Below the pieces are notes generated by a model. The model made no database searches. It saw nothing but the letters and a program-made list of their open reading frames with translations, and was not told the origin of the DNA. The translations under genes and the position numbers were made by a program. A stretch of 32,000 bases of DNA. Source: Mycobacterium tuberculosis H37Rv (lineage in GTDB: Bacteria; Actinomycetota; Actinomycetes; Mycobacteriales; Mycobacteriaceae). Below, in pieces: positions 19,499 through 29,896 of this stretch (position 1 is the stretch's first letter; each line of letters starts with the position of its first letter). The stretch lies in assembly GCF_000195955.2 (NCBI RefSeq), contig NC_000962.3, positions 3,960,001-3,992,000 on the forward strand, written 5' to 3'.

Positions 19499-20659
19499 TT
19501 AACCCAGGATCAGCCCGGACGTAGGCACCCCGGTGCCCGCGGTGACGAGCACATGCTCGACGCCCGCCACCGGGTTCACCGAGGTGCCGCGCAGCTGCCG
19601 CACCCCCTCCGCGATGCCGTTCATGCCATGGATGTAGGCTTCGCCGAGTTGACCGCCGTGGGTGTTGATGGGCAGCCGCCCGCCCACCTCGATCGCGCCG
19701 TCGGCGATGAAGTCTTTCGCTTCGCCCTTGCCGCAGAATCCCAACTCCTCCAACTGAATCAGGGTAAACGGCGTGAAGTGGTCGTAGAGGACTGCGGTCT
19801 GGACATCGGCCGGCGTCAGCCCCGACTGCGCCCATAGCTGCCGGCCCACCAGGCCCATCTCGGGCAGGCCGTCGAGTTCCGGCCGGTAGTAGCTGACCAT
19901 CGTGTACTGGTCTGGACTGCAGCCCTGCGCAGCCGCCTCAATGACCACCGGGCGCTGCTTGAGGTCCCGTGCGCGCGCAGCTGACGTCACCACGATCGCG
20001 ACCGCGCCGTCGGTCTCCTGGCAGCAGTCCAGCAGCCGCAGCGGCTCGGCGATCCACCTCGAATTCTGGTGGTCCTCAATGGTTATCGGCTTGCCGTAGA
20101 AGTACGCCTTGGGGTTGTTGGCGGCATGCTTGCGGTCGGCCACCGAGACAGCACCGAAGTCCCGGCTGGTCGCACCAGACAGGTGCATGTACCGGCGAGC
20201 GATCATCGCCACTTGCGCGGCGGGCGTGGAGAGCCCGTGCGGATACGAAAACGAATTGTCCACGCCGGTGGAGTCGGCATTCTCGGTCAAACGAGTTTGC
20301 ACCTGACCGAACCGCATGCCGGATCGTTCGTTGAATGCCCGATACGCCACCACGACGTCAGCCACCCCGGTGGCCACTGCCATAGCGGCGTGCTGCACGG
20401 TCGCACATGCGGCGCCACCGCCGTAGTGGATCTTGGAGAAGAACGTCAGCTCGCCGATGCCGGCCGCACGCGCCACGGCGATTTCGGTGTTGGTGTCCAT
20501 CGTGAACGTGGTCAGCCCGTCGACATCGGTCGGGCTCAGGCCCGCATCGGCCAACGCATCCAACACCGCCTCGGCCGCCAGCCGCAGCTCACTTCGACCG
20601 GAGTTCTTCGAAAAGTCGGTGGCGCCGATACCGACGATGGCCGCCTGACCCGATAACAC
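19499..20659 (-). CDS. ltp2: Thiolase-like steroid side-chain aldolase Ltp2
   Basis: 386 aa, 'MLSGQAAIVGIGATDFSKNSGRSELRLAAEAVLDAL...NTHGGQLGEAYIHGMNGIAEGVRQLRG'. Confidence 0.92.
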   Translation of the reverse strand: MLSGQAAIVGIGATDFSKNSGRSELRLAAEAVLDALADAGLSPTDVDGLTTFTMDTNTEIAVARAAGIGELTFFSKIHYGGGAACATVQHAAMAVATGVADVVVAYRAFNERSGMRFGQVQTRLTENADSTGVDNSFSYPHGLSTPAAQVAMIARRYMHLSGATSRDFGAVSVADRKHAANNPKAYFYGKPITIEDHQNSRWIAEPLRLLDCCQETDGAVAIVVTSAARARDLKQRPVVIEAAAQGCSPDQYTMVSYYRPELDGLPEMGLVGRQLWAQSGLTPADVQTAVLYDHFTPFTLIQLEELGFCGKGEAKDFIADGAIEVGGRLPINTHGGQLGEAYIHGMNGIAEGVRQLRGTSVNPVAGVEHVLVTAGTGVPTSGLILG

Positions 20660-21048
20660 TACGAATCCCTCATCGAAAGTTCCACCGTCGCGGTCACGTG
20701 GTCGCCAAGGGTATTGCGGCCCACCACCTTTACCGTGATCAAGCCGTCGTTCACCGCGGTCACCTCACCGGAGAACGTCACCGTGTCGTAGGCGTACCAC
20801 GGCACCCCCAGCCGCAGCCCAATCGACTTGATCAGCGCCGACGGGCCCGCCCAGTCGGTGACGTAGCGTTGCACCAGCCCGGTGTCGGTGAGGATGTTGA
20901 CGAAAATGTCTTTCGACCCCTGGGCGACGGCCTTGTCTCGATCATGATGCACATCCTGGAAGTCCCTGGTAGCCAGCGCCGTTGAGACGATGAACGTCGG
21001 GTCTCCGTAGAGCTTCAGCTCAGGCAGCACAGCACCAACAACCGTCAT
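20659..21048 (-). CDS. chsH1: MaoC-like enoyl-CoA hydratase subunit ChsH1
   Basis: 129 aa hotdog protein overlapping chsH2 by 4 nt. 'RDFQDVHHDRDKAVAQGSKDIFVNILTDTGLV'. Confidence 0.9.
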   Translation of the reverse strand: MTVVGAVLPELKLYGDPTFIVSTALATRDFQDVHHDRDKAVAQGSKDIFVNILTDTGLVQRYVTDWAGPSALIKSIGLRLGVPWYAYDTVTFSGEVTAVNDGLITVKVVGRNTLGDHVTATVELSMRDS

Positions 21049-21980
21049 TCGTCAGGCTCCCATGCGTAGAGGCTCCAGTCGGGGAAATCGATATAGGTCG
21101 CTCGTACCGGCATACCGATCGCAACACGAGCAGGATCGGCCCCCCGCAGCTCGCCCAGCATGCGTACCCCTTCCTCGAGCTCCACCAGCGCGATCACGAA
21201 GGGCACCGTGCGACCCGGAACTTTCGGCGCGTGATGCACCACGAAGCTGAACACCGTGCCGCGACCGCTGGAGACGACGTAGTTGATCGGCACCGATTTG
21301 TCTTGCCACACCGCCGGCACCGGTGGGTGCCGCAGGCTGCCATCGGCAAGCCGCTGGATCCGCAATTCGTGGGCCTTGACTCCATCCCAGAAAAACGCGG
21401 TGTCCCGCGACGACGAGGGACGCATCATAGCGTCGGGATCCAAATCGTCAGGCACCGAGCTCGGAGAACCCGCGGGCTTGAATTTGAGGATGCGCCAATT
21501 CATCTCTGCGACGTCCTCGTCCCCGACTTGCCATACGATGTGCTGGTTGATGAACCAGCCCTCGCCGAGCGCGGTTTGCTTGGGTCCGACGACGTCACCG
21601 AGCTCGGCGCTGATGCTGACTTGCTCCCCGGGCAATAGGTAGCGGTGGTAGGTCTGCTCGCAGTTGGTGGCAACCACACCGATGTAGCCGGCGTCGTCGA
21701 ACAGCTTGATGATGGGTCCCAGCGGATCGTCCTTCGGACGCACTCCGCCCAGACCCATCATGGTCCACACCTGAATCATGGCCGGTGGCGCGACGATTCC
21801 GGGGTGGCCGGCGGCGCGAGCCGCCGCGTCGTCCACATAGATGGGGTTGCGGTCGCCGATGGCCTCCACCCAGTTGTTGATCATCGGCTGGTTCACCGGG
21901 TCACGGGCCAGGCGCGGCTTGCTGGGCCCGGCCGCCTTGATCTGGGCAACCGCTTCCTGAATGTCGCTCACCCCGGTCAC
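21045..21980 (-). CDS. chsH2: Enoyl-CoA hydratase subunit ChsH2 (MaoC-like N-terminal domain plus DUF35 C-terminal domain)
   Basis: 311 aa, 'IGDRNPIYVDDAAARAAGHPGIVAPPAMIQ' and the DUF35-type tail 'FFWDGVKAHELRIQRLADGSLRHPPVPAVW...PVRATYIDF'. Confidence 0.92.
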   Translation of the reverse strand: MTGVSDIQEAVAQIKAAGPSKPRLARDPVNQPMINNWVEAIGDRNPIYVDDAAARAAGHPGIVAPPAMIQVWTMMGLGGVRPKDDPLGPIIKLFDDAGYIGVVATNCEQTYHRYLLPGEQVSISAELGDVVGPKQTALGEGWFINQHIVWQVGDEDVAEMNWRILKFKPAGSPSSVPDDLDPDAMMRPSSSRDTAFFWDGVKAHELRIQRLADGSLRHPPVPAVWQDKSVPINYVVSSGRGTVFSFVVHHAPKVPGRTVPFVIALVELEEGVRMLGELRGADPARVAIGMPVRATYIDFPDWSLYAWEPDE

Positions 21981-23140
21981 CTGGGCACCCTTGGCACTTT
22001 GAGGCCAGACGCGGCGATCATCTCGCGCATGACTTCGTTCACACCCCCGCCGAAGGTGATCACCAGGTTGCGCTTGGTCTGGGCGTCCAGCCAGCGCAGT
22101 AGCTCGGCGGTGTCGGGTTCGGCGGGGTTGCCGTACTTGCCAACGATTTCCTCGGCGAGCCGGCCGGCACGCTGAACACGCTCGGTGCCAAAGACTTTCG
22201 TGGCCGCGGCATCGGCCATGTTGATGTCCTCACCGGCGGACGCTACCTGCCAGTTGAGCAACTCGTTGATCCGCCAGATCGCACGAATCTCACCAAGAGC
22301 CCGCTTGACGTCGTCGTGGTCGATCGGCGTCACGCCGTTGCCACCCGGCACGGACGCCCACGCGTGCACCCGGTCGTAGATGCTGGCGAACCGCCCGGCC
22401 GGGCCGAGCATTACCCGTTCGTTGTTGAGTTGGGTGGTGATCAGCCGCCAGCCGTCGTTCTCCTTTCCGACCAGCATGTCGACCGGCACGCGCACGTCGT
22501 TGTAGTACGTGGCATTGGTGTGGTGGGCGCCGTCGGCCAAGATGATCGGCGTCCAGGAATAGCCGGGATCCTTGGTGTCGACGATTAGAATGGAAATGCC
22601 TTTGTGCTTAGCGGCATTCGGGTCGGTGCGGCAGGCCAGCCAGATGTAGTCGGCGTCGTGTGCGCCGGTGGTGAAGACCTTCTGGCCGTTGACGATGTAG
22701 TGGTCGCCGTCGCGAACGGCGGTGGTGCGCAACGACGCCAGGTCGGTGCCGGCTTCCGGCTCGGTGTAGCCGATCGCGAAGTGCGCCTCACCGGCCAGGA
22801 TCGCCGGCAGGAACTTCTTCTTCTGCAGCTCGCTGCCGTGCGCCTGCAGCGTGGGGCCGACGGTCTGCAGCGTCACCGCGGGCAGCGGCACGTCGGCGCG
22901 ATGGGCCTCGTTGACGAAGATCTGCTGCTCGATCGGACCAAAACCCAGACCGCCGAACTCTTTCGGCCACCCAACACCGAGCCTGCCGTCCCGGCCCATG
23001 CGCCGTATCACCGCACGGTAGGCCGGGCCGTGCCGGTCTTTCTCCATCTCCGTGCGCTCGTCGGGCGAGATGAGATTCGAAAAGTATTGCCGTATCTCGG
23101 CTTGCAGCTGGCGCTGCTCCGGCGTCAGGTCAATGAACAT
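21977..23140 (-). CDS. fadE29: Acyl-CoA dehydrogenase FadE29 (ChsE2/ChsE1-type complex)
   Basis: 387 aa, 'FAIGYTEPEAGTDLASLRTTAVRDGDHYIVNGQKVFTTGAHDADYIWLACRT'. Confidence 0.93.
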   Translation of the reverse strand: MFIDLTPEQRQLQAEIRQYFSNLISPDERTEMEKDRHGPAYRAVIRRMGRDGRLGVGWPKEFGGLGFGPIEQQIFVNEAHRADVPLPAVTLQTVGPTLQAHGSELQKKKFLPAILAGEAHFAIGYTEPEAGTDLASLRTTAVRDGDHYIVNGQKVFTTGAHDADYIWLACRTDPNAAKHKGISILIVDTKDPGYSWTPIILADGAHHTNATYYNDVRVPVDMLVGKENDGWRLITTQLNNERVMLGPAGRFASIYDRVHAWASVPGGNGVTPIDHDDVKRALGEIRAIWRINELLNWQVASAGEDINMADAAATKVFGTERVQRAGRLAEEIVGKYGNPAEPDTAELLRWLDAQTKRNLVITFGGGVNEVMREMIAASGLKVPRVPR

Positions 23141-24144
23141 CGCGCTCCCAGGAGCTCAAGGCGATGCGAGGGCCCGCCCAGCAGCCGGGTGAGGTCCTTG
23201 ATCGTGGAGTAGTAGCGGTGCATCGGATACGTGACGTCCATCCCCATGCCGCCGTGCAGGTGATGGCAGATTTGCATCGCCGGCGGCGCCTGCGATGTCA
23301 CCCAGTACCCGAGGACGCCCAGATCATCTCCCGCATCCAGATCCTCGGCCAGTCTCCAGATCACCGACTTGGCCACCAGGTCAATGGTGCGCGAGGCGAT
23401 GTAAACCTCGGCGAGCTGCGCGGCCACGGTCTGGAAGGTTGACAGCGGCTTACCGAACTGCTTCCGGTTCGCCACGTAGTCGGCGGTCAGCCGCAGCGCC
23501 CCGGCGACCAGCCCGTCGGCGTATGCACCCATGACGGCCAGCGCTAGCTGATTGACCCGGTGCGCGGCTACATCCGCCAGGATGTCACAGTCGGCAACCG
23601 CCACGCCGTCCATCGTCATCACATACTCGTCTGAACCATTCGATGTGGGCGTACGAACCATGCGCACACCGTCGGCCGTCGGCGACACCACCACGACGGC
23701 GTTGTCGGCGGTCACCAACATCCAGTCCGCCTGTTCGGCGTAGCCAACACCGACTTTGGTGCCCGACAACCGCCCACCCACAAAGCTAGTGGCAGGCCGA
23801 TCCGGCAGCGCCGCCCCGGGCTCGTTGAGCGCGGCGGTCAGTACTCCTCCCTTGGCCACCCCGGCCAGGAAGCGGTCCTGTTGCTCGGCGGATGCCAGCT
23901 CGAGCAGCGGCACCACCCCAAGACCCAGCGTTGCCAGCGCCGGCGTGACGGCGCCGTGGCGACCCACCTCGGTGAGCAGCGCGCCGACTTCGAATAGGCC
24001 CACGCCGTCGCCGCCGAGACGTTCCGGCACCGGCAGCGCCGTCACACCACCGCAGACCAGCGCCTCCCACGAGATGTCCCGCTCCAACACCGACGTGACC
24101 ACGTCGGCGACGGCTTGCTGTTCCGCAGTGGGATCGAAATCCAT
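23125..24144 (-). CDS. fadE28: Acyl-CoA dehydrogenase FadE28 (partner subunit)
   Basis: 339 aa from the ATG at 24144. 'MDFDPTAEQQAVADVVTSVLERD...LAALGYWVTSQAPPAMQICHHLHGGMGMDVTYPMHRYY'-type ACAD fold. Confidence 0.92.
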   Translation of the reverse strand: MDFDPTAEQQAVADVVTSVLERDISWEALVCGGVTALPVPERLGGDGVGLFEVGALLTEVGRHGAVTPALATLGLGVVPLLELASAEQQDRFLAGVAKGGVLTAALNEPGAALPDRPATSFVGGRLSGTKVGVGYAEQADWMLVTADNAVVVVSPTADGVRMVRTPTSNGSDEYVMTMDGVAVADCDILADVAAHRVNQLALAVMGAYADGLVAGALRLTADYVANRKQFGKPLSTFQTVAAQLAEVYIASRTIDLVAKSVIWRLAEDLDAGDDLGVLGYWVTSQAPPAMQICHHLHGGMGMDVTYPMHRYYSTIKDLTRLLGGPSHRLELLGARCSLT

Positions 24145-25445
24145 TAGTGAGCAACCGGGCATCTACCGGTGTAGTCGACCTGCCAGTGCTTAATGCCGTT
24201 GAGCCAGCCGGACCGCAGCCGCTCGGGCGCCGAGATCGGCTTGAGGTCGGGCATGTGGTCGGCTACGGCGTTAAAGATTAGGTTGATCGTCATCCGGGCC
24301 AGATTCGCACCGATGCAGTAGTGAGCGCCGGTGCCGCCGAAGCCGACGTGCGGGTTGGGGTTGCGCAGGATGTTAAATGTGAACGGATCCTGGAAAACCT
24401 CTTCGTCGAAGTTAGCCGACCGGTAGAACATCACCACCCGCTGACCCTTCTTAATCTGTACGCCGGACAACTCGTAGTCCCGCAGCGCGGTGCGCTGAAA
24501 AGCGGTGACCGGGGTTGCCCAGCGCACGATCTCATCGGCCGCGGTCTCCGGACGCACTTTCTTGTACAGCTCCCACTGGTCGGGGTGTTCAGCGAACGCC
24601 ATCATGCCCTGGGTGATGGAGTTGCGGGTGGTCTCGTTACCGGCCACCGCCAGCATCACCACGAAGAAGCCGAACTCGTCGTCGGAGAGCTTCTCGCCGT
24701 CGATATCGGCTTGGATCAACTGAGTCACGATGTCGTCGGCGGGGTTCTTCGCCTTCTCCTCGGCCATCTTCATCGCATAGCCGATCAGCTCCGCCGAGGA
24801 CGCCTTCGGATCGATGTGGGCGTATTCCGGATCCTCGTTGCCGGTCATCTCGTTTGACCAGTGGAACAGCTTGCCGCGGTCCTCCTGCGGCACGCCCAGC
24901 AAGCCCGCGATCGCCTGCAATGGCAGCTCACAGGAAACCTGCTCGACAAAGTCTCCAGAACCCGCGGCGGCCGCCTCCGCGGCGATCTTCTGGGCGCGCT
25001 CCTGGAGCTCGTCATGCAGGCGTCCGACCGCACGTGGCGTGAAGCCGCGAGAGATGATCTTGCGCAGCCGGGTGTGGTGCGGCGCGTCCATGTTGAGCAT
25101 GACGAAGCGCTGAACCTCGATGTCCTCACGCGCGATGTCGTTCTTGAATCGCGGGATCACCCCGTTTTCGTAGCTGGAGAACACGTCGCTATGCCGCGAT
25201 ATCTCTTTGACGTCGTTGAGTTTGGTGATCGCCCAGAAACCGCCGTCGTGAAAGCCGCCGCCCTTGCCAGGATCCTGCCCGTTCCACCAGATCGGCGCCG
25301 CGGACCGCAGCTCGGCGAATTCGGCAACCGGCAGCCGTTCGGCGTAGATTGCGGGGTCGGTGAAATCGAACCCGGGCGGCAGATTGGGGCTGGGCACGGT
25401 AGTTCTCCTTACTGCAATCTCCACTGACTGGTGATTCCACGACAC
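24144..25445 (-). CDS. cyp125: Steroid C26/C27-monooxygenase cytochrome P450 CYP125
   Basis: 433 aa from the GTG at 25445. Heme-Cys loop 'VGFGGTGAHYCIGANLARM', I-helix 'AGNETTRNSI', 'ExxR' region. Confidence 0.96.
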   Translation of the reverse strand: MSWNHQSVEIAVRRTTVPSPNLPPGFDFTDPAIYAERLPVAEFAELRSAAPIWWNGQDPGKGGGFHDGGFWAITKLNDVKEISRHSDVFSSYENGVIPRFKNDIAREDIEVQRFVMLNMDAPHHTRLRKIISRGFTPRAVGRLHDELQERAQKIAAEAAAAGSGDFVEQVSCELPLQAIAGLLGVPQEDRGKLFHWSNEMTGNEDPEYAHIDPKASSAELIGYAMKMAEEKAKNPADDIVTQLIQADIDGEKLSDDEFGFFVVMLAVAGNETTRNSITQGMMAFAEHPDQWELYKKVRPETAADEIVRWATPVTAFQRTALRDYELSGVQIKKGQRVVMFYRSANFDEEVFQDPFTFNILRNPNPHVGFGGTGAHYCIGANLARMTINLIFNAVADHMPDLKPISAPERLRSGWLNGIKHWQVDYTGRCPVAH

Positions 25446-25459
25446 TAGCTGTCCTAGTG
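25443..25459. repeat. Inverted repeat at the cyp125 start codon
   Basis: CACTAG-CTGTC-CTAGTG. The left arm contains the reverse complement of the GTG start. Confidence 0.7.
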
Positions 25460-25509
25460 AGGACCTTCTGCCAGTAAAACATGCCTTCACCGCAGACAAA
25501 AGGCATTGA

Positions 25510-25523
25510 AGCAACCTTGCTTG
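25510..25523. repeat. Short inverted repeat next to the KstR operator in the cyp125-fadA5 intergenic region
   Basis: AAGCAA-CC-TTGCTT, exact 6-bp arms. Confidence 0.7.
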
Positions 25524-25533
25524 TCATAGTAAT

Positions 25534-25547
25534 GAAACGTGTTCTAG
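25534..25547. promoter_or_regulatory. KstR operator between divergent cyp125 and fadA5
   Basis: TGAAACGTGTTCTA, full match to TnnAACnnGTTnnA. Confidence 0.88.
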
Positions 25548-26732
<1,185 letters not shown>

Positions 26733-26786
26733 CCTAGCTGCGGCAGGGCACCGTGCGGCGTGACTGCAACATGAAGCGACCGATGA

Positions 26787-27299
<513 letters not shown>

Positions 27300-27312
27300 C
27301 CGTTCCCAACTT

Positions 27313-27374
27313 CGCCGAACGTGAAGCCAGGGCGAGAAAACGGCCGAAATCTCGCCCTGAGTTCACGCTCGGCG
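27313..27374. terminator. Composite hairpin in the convergent ddn / Rv3548c-like intergenic region, possible bidirectional terminator
   Basis: Outer arms CGCCGAACGTGAA / TTCACGCTCGGCG (one G-U-type mismatch); inner arms CAGGGCGAGA / TCTCGCCCTG exact; loop AAACGGCCGAAA. Confidence 0.7.
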
Positions 27375-27381
27375 CAGATAA

Positions 27382-28296
27382 CTAGGCCCCATAGACCGGA
27401 ACCGGCGGCCGCGACTTGGCCAACAGGTCGCTGACGACGGGCCCCAGCTCGGCCGGATCCCATTTCACGCCCTTGTCCACCTGCGGGCCATGCGCCCAGC
27501 CCTCGGCGACCCGGATGATGCCGCCCTCGACCTCGAATACCTTCCCAGTGACATCGCGGGACTCCGCACTGCCCAGCCATACCACCAAGGGTGAGACGTT
27601 CTCCGGGGCCATCGCGTCGAACCCCTCCTGCGGCTTGGCCATCATCTCCGCGAACACAGTCTCGGTCATGCGGGTGCGCGCCGCCGGCGCGATCGCGTTG
27701 ACGGTCACGCCGTACCGCCTCATTTCGGCGGCGCCGACGAGCGTCAGCGCCGCGATTCCGGCCTTGGCGGCGCTGTAGTTGCCCTGCCCCACGCTGCCCT
27801 GTAGGCCCGCGCCAGAGCTGGTGTTGATGATCCGCGCGTCAATGTCTTTCGGGGCTTTGCCCGCCTTGGACAGTCCCCGCCAATGGGACGCGGCGTGCCG
27901 CATGGTGGCGAAGTGGCCCTTGAGGTGCACCGCGATGACAGCGTCGAACTCCTCTTCGCTGGTGTTGGCGATCATCCGGTCCCGCACGATGCCGGCATTG
28001 TTCACCAGGACGTCCACACCACCGTACGTCTCGACGGCGGCCTGGATCAGGTTGGCCGCCTGGTCCCAGTCCGAGATGTCCGACCCGTCGGCGACGGCTT
28101 GGCCACCGGCCGCAAGGATCTCGTCGACCACGTCTTGGGCTGCGCTGCCGCCGCTTGCCGGCGAACCGTCCAGGCCCACACCGATATCGTTGACCACCAC
28201 GCGCGCACCCTCGGCCGCGAAGGCCAACGCATGTGCGCGGCCGATGCCGCCACCCGCTCCGGTGACGATGACCACCCGGCCGTCGACCAAGCCCAT
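27382..28296 (-). CDS. Short-chain dehydrogenase, 17-beta-HSD type 4-like (Rv3548c-like)
   Basis: 304 aa from the ATG at 28296. 'MGLVDGRVVIVTGAGGGIGRAHALAFAAEGARVVVNDIG', 'YSAAKAG'. Confidence 0.88.
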   Translation of the reverse strand: MGLVDGRVVIVTGAGGGIGRAHALAFAAEGARVVVNDIGVGLDGSPASGGSAAQDVVDEILAAGGQAVADGSDISDWDQAANLIQAAVETYGGVDVLVNNAGIVRDRMIANTSEEEFDAVIAVHLKGHFATMRHAASHWRGLSKAGKAPKDIDARIINTSSGAGLQGSVGQGNYSAAKAGIAALTLVGAAEMRRYGVTVNAIAPAARTRMTETVFAEMMAKPQEGFDAMAPENVSPLVVWLGSAESRDVTGKVFEVEGGIIRVAEGWAHGPQVDKGVKWDPAELGPVVSDLLAKSRPPVPVYGA

Positions 28297-28318
28297 GACC
28301 CCATTGCTCCTTTGCTCG

Positions 28319-29098
28319 TCACTTGTTGGCACTCGAGGCGCCCAGGTACGGCGGCGGCTCACCGCCGCCGTGCACCTCGAGCGTCGCCCCGCTGATATAT
28401 GACGCCGCATCGGACGCCAAAAACGCTGCAGCCCAACCAATGTCGGCAGGTCGTGCCAGCCGGCCCAACGGCACCGTGGCGGCGACGCGAGCGATCGACT
28501 CGGCATCACCGTAGAACAGTTCGGACCGTTCGGTTTCCACCATGCCGACCACCACGGCGTTGACCCGAACCTTGGGTGCCCATTCCACCGCCAGCGTGGT
28601 GGTCAGGTTTTCCAGGCCTGCCTTGGCCGCGCCATAGGCCGCCGTGCCGGGAGTGGGACGGCGACCGCTGACGCTACAGATGTTTACGATCGACCCACCG
28701 TTGGGCTGCGCTTGCATCAGCACGTTGGCGTGCTGGGAAACCAGCAGCGGTGCAAGCACATTGAGCTCGACGATCTTTCGGTGGAAGTTGTGTGTCGCCT
28801 CGGCGGCCAGCGCGTATGGCGAGCCGCCCGCGTTGTTGACCAGCATGTCGAGTCGGCCGTGCCGCTCCCCGATCTCACCGACCAGGCGCTTGACCGAGTC
28901 CTCGTCCCGGATGTCGCAGCGGTGGAACTCATACGGTTGGCCGTCGACCGCTCGTCGCGCGCAGGTGATCACGGTCGCGCCCTGTTCGGCGAATACCGAG
29001 CTGATGCCCGCGCCTACCCCGCGGACACCGCCGGTGACCAAAACCACCCGCCCGGCCAGCCCGAAATTGATGGCGTCGGCTGCCTCGGCGAGAGTCAC
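28319..29098 (-). CDS. Short-chain dehydrogenase/reductase (Rv3549c-like)
   Basis: 259 aa from the GTG at 29098 (the 516-aa track ORF overextends antisense to echA20). 'VVLVTGGVRGVGAGISSVFAEQGA', 'YGAAKAGLENL'. Confidence 0.88.
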   Translation of the reverse strand: MTLAEAADAINFGLAGRVVLVTGGVRGVGAGISSVFAEQGATVITCARRAVDGQPYEFHRCDIRDEDSVKRLVGEIGERHGRLDMLVNNAGGSPYALAAEATHNFHRKIVELNVLAPLLVSQHANVLMQAQPNGGSIVNICSVSGRRPTPGTAAYGAAKAGLENLTTTLAVEWAPKVRVNAVVVGMVETERSELFYGDAESIARVAATVPLGRLARPADIGWAAAFLASDAASYISGATLEVHGGGEPPPYLGASSANK

Positions 29099-29113
29099 TG
29101 TGCTAGCGTACCA

Positions 29114-29127
29114 AGCAAGTGCTTGCT
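29114..29127. promoter_or_regulatory. KstR2 operator between the divergent Rv3549c-like gene and echA20
   Basis: AGCAAGTGCTTGCT, perfect palindrome and full match to AnCAAGnnCTTGnT. Confidence 0.9.
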
Positions 29128-29152
29128 TAGGTAGCGAACCCGCAGGAGTGCA

Positions 29153-29896
29153 ATGCCGATCACCTCCACCACGCCCGAACCGGGCATCGTCGCGGTCACC
29201 GTCGACTACCCGCCGGTCAACGCCATCCCGTCGAAAGCGTGGTTCGACCTGGCCGACGCGGTGACGGCCGCGGGCGCCAACTCCGACACCCGCGCGGTGA
29301 TCCTGCGGGCCGAGGGGCGCGGCTTCAACGCCGGGGTGGACATCAAAGAGATGCAACGAACCGAAGGTTTCACGGCGCTGATCGACGCCAACCGCGGCTG
29401 CTTCGCCGCATTCCGCGCCGTCTACGAGTGCGCGGTGCCGGTGATCGCCGCCGTGAACGGATTCTGCGTGGGCGGCGGCATCGGCCTGGTCGGCAACTCC
29501 GACGTCATCGTGGCCTCCGAGGACGCCACCTTCGGCCTGCCCGAGGTGGAACGGGGCGCGCTGGGCGCGGCCACGCACCTCTCGCGGCTGGTGCCCCAGC
29601 ACCTGATGCGACGGCTGTTCTTTACGGCGGCCACCGTGGACGCGGCCACCTTGCAGCACTTCGGCTCGGTGCACGAGGTGGTGTCCCGCGATCAGCTGGA
29701 CGAGGCCGCTTTGCGGGTGGCCCGCGACATCGCCGCCAAAGACACCCGGGTCATCCGCGCCGCCAAGGAGGCGCTGAACTTCATCGACGTGCAACGGGTC
29801 AATGCGAGTTACCGGATGGAGCAAGGTTTTACCTTCGAGCTCAACCTCGCCGGAGTCGCCGACGAGCACCGCGACGCCTTTGTGAAGAAGTCATAG
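29153..29896 (+). CDS. echA20: Crotonase-family CoA thioester hydrolase EchA20
   Basis: 247 aa, 'AEGRGFNAGVDIKEMQ', 'NGFCVGGGIGLVGNSDVIVASEDATFGLPEV'. RBS-like AGGAG upstream. Confidence 0.93.
   Translation: MPITSTTPEPGIVAVTVDYPPVNAIPSKAWFDLADAVTAAGANSDTRAVILRAEGRGFNAGVDIKEMQRTEGFTALIDANRGCFAAFRAVYECAVPVIAAVNGFCVGGGIGLVGNSDVIVASEDATFGLPEVERGALGAATHLSRLVPQHLMRRLFFTAATVDAATLQHFGSVHEVVSRDQLDEAALRVARDIAAKDTRVIRAAKEALNFIDVQRVNASYRMEQGFTFELNLAGVADEHRDAFVKKS

Noticed and set aside
24321-25427. Plus-strand ORFs of 178 and 188 aa
   Set aside because: Antisense to cyp125, which has an unambiguous heme-binding signature.
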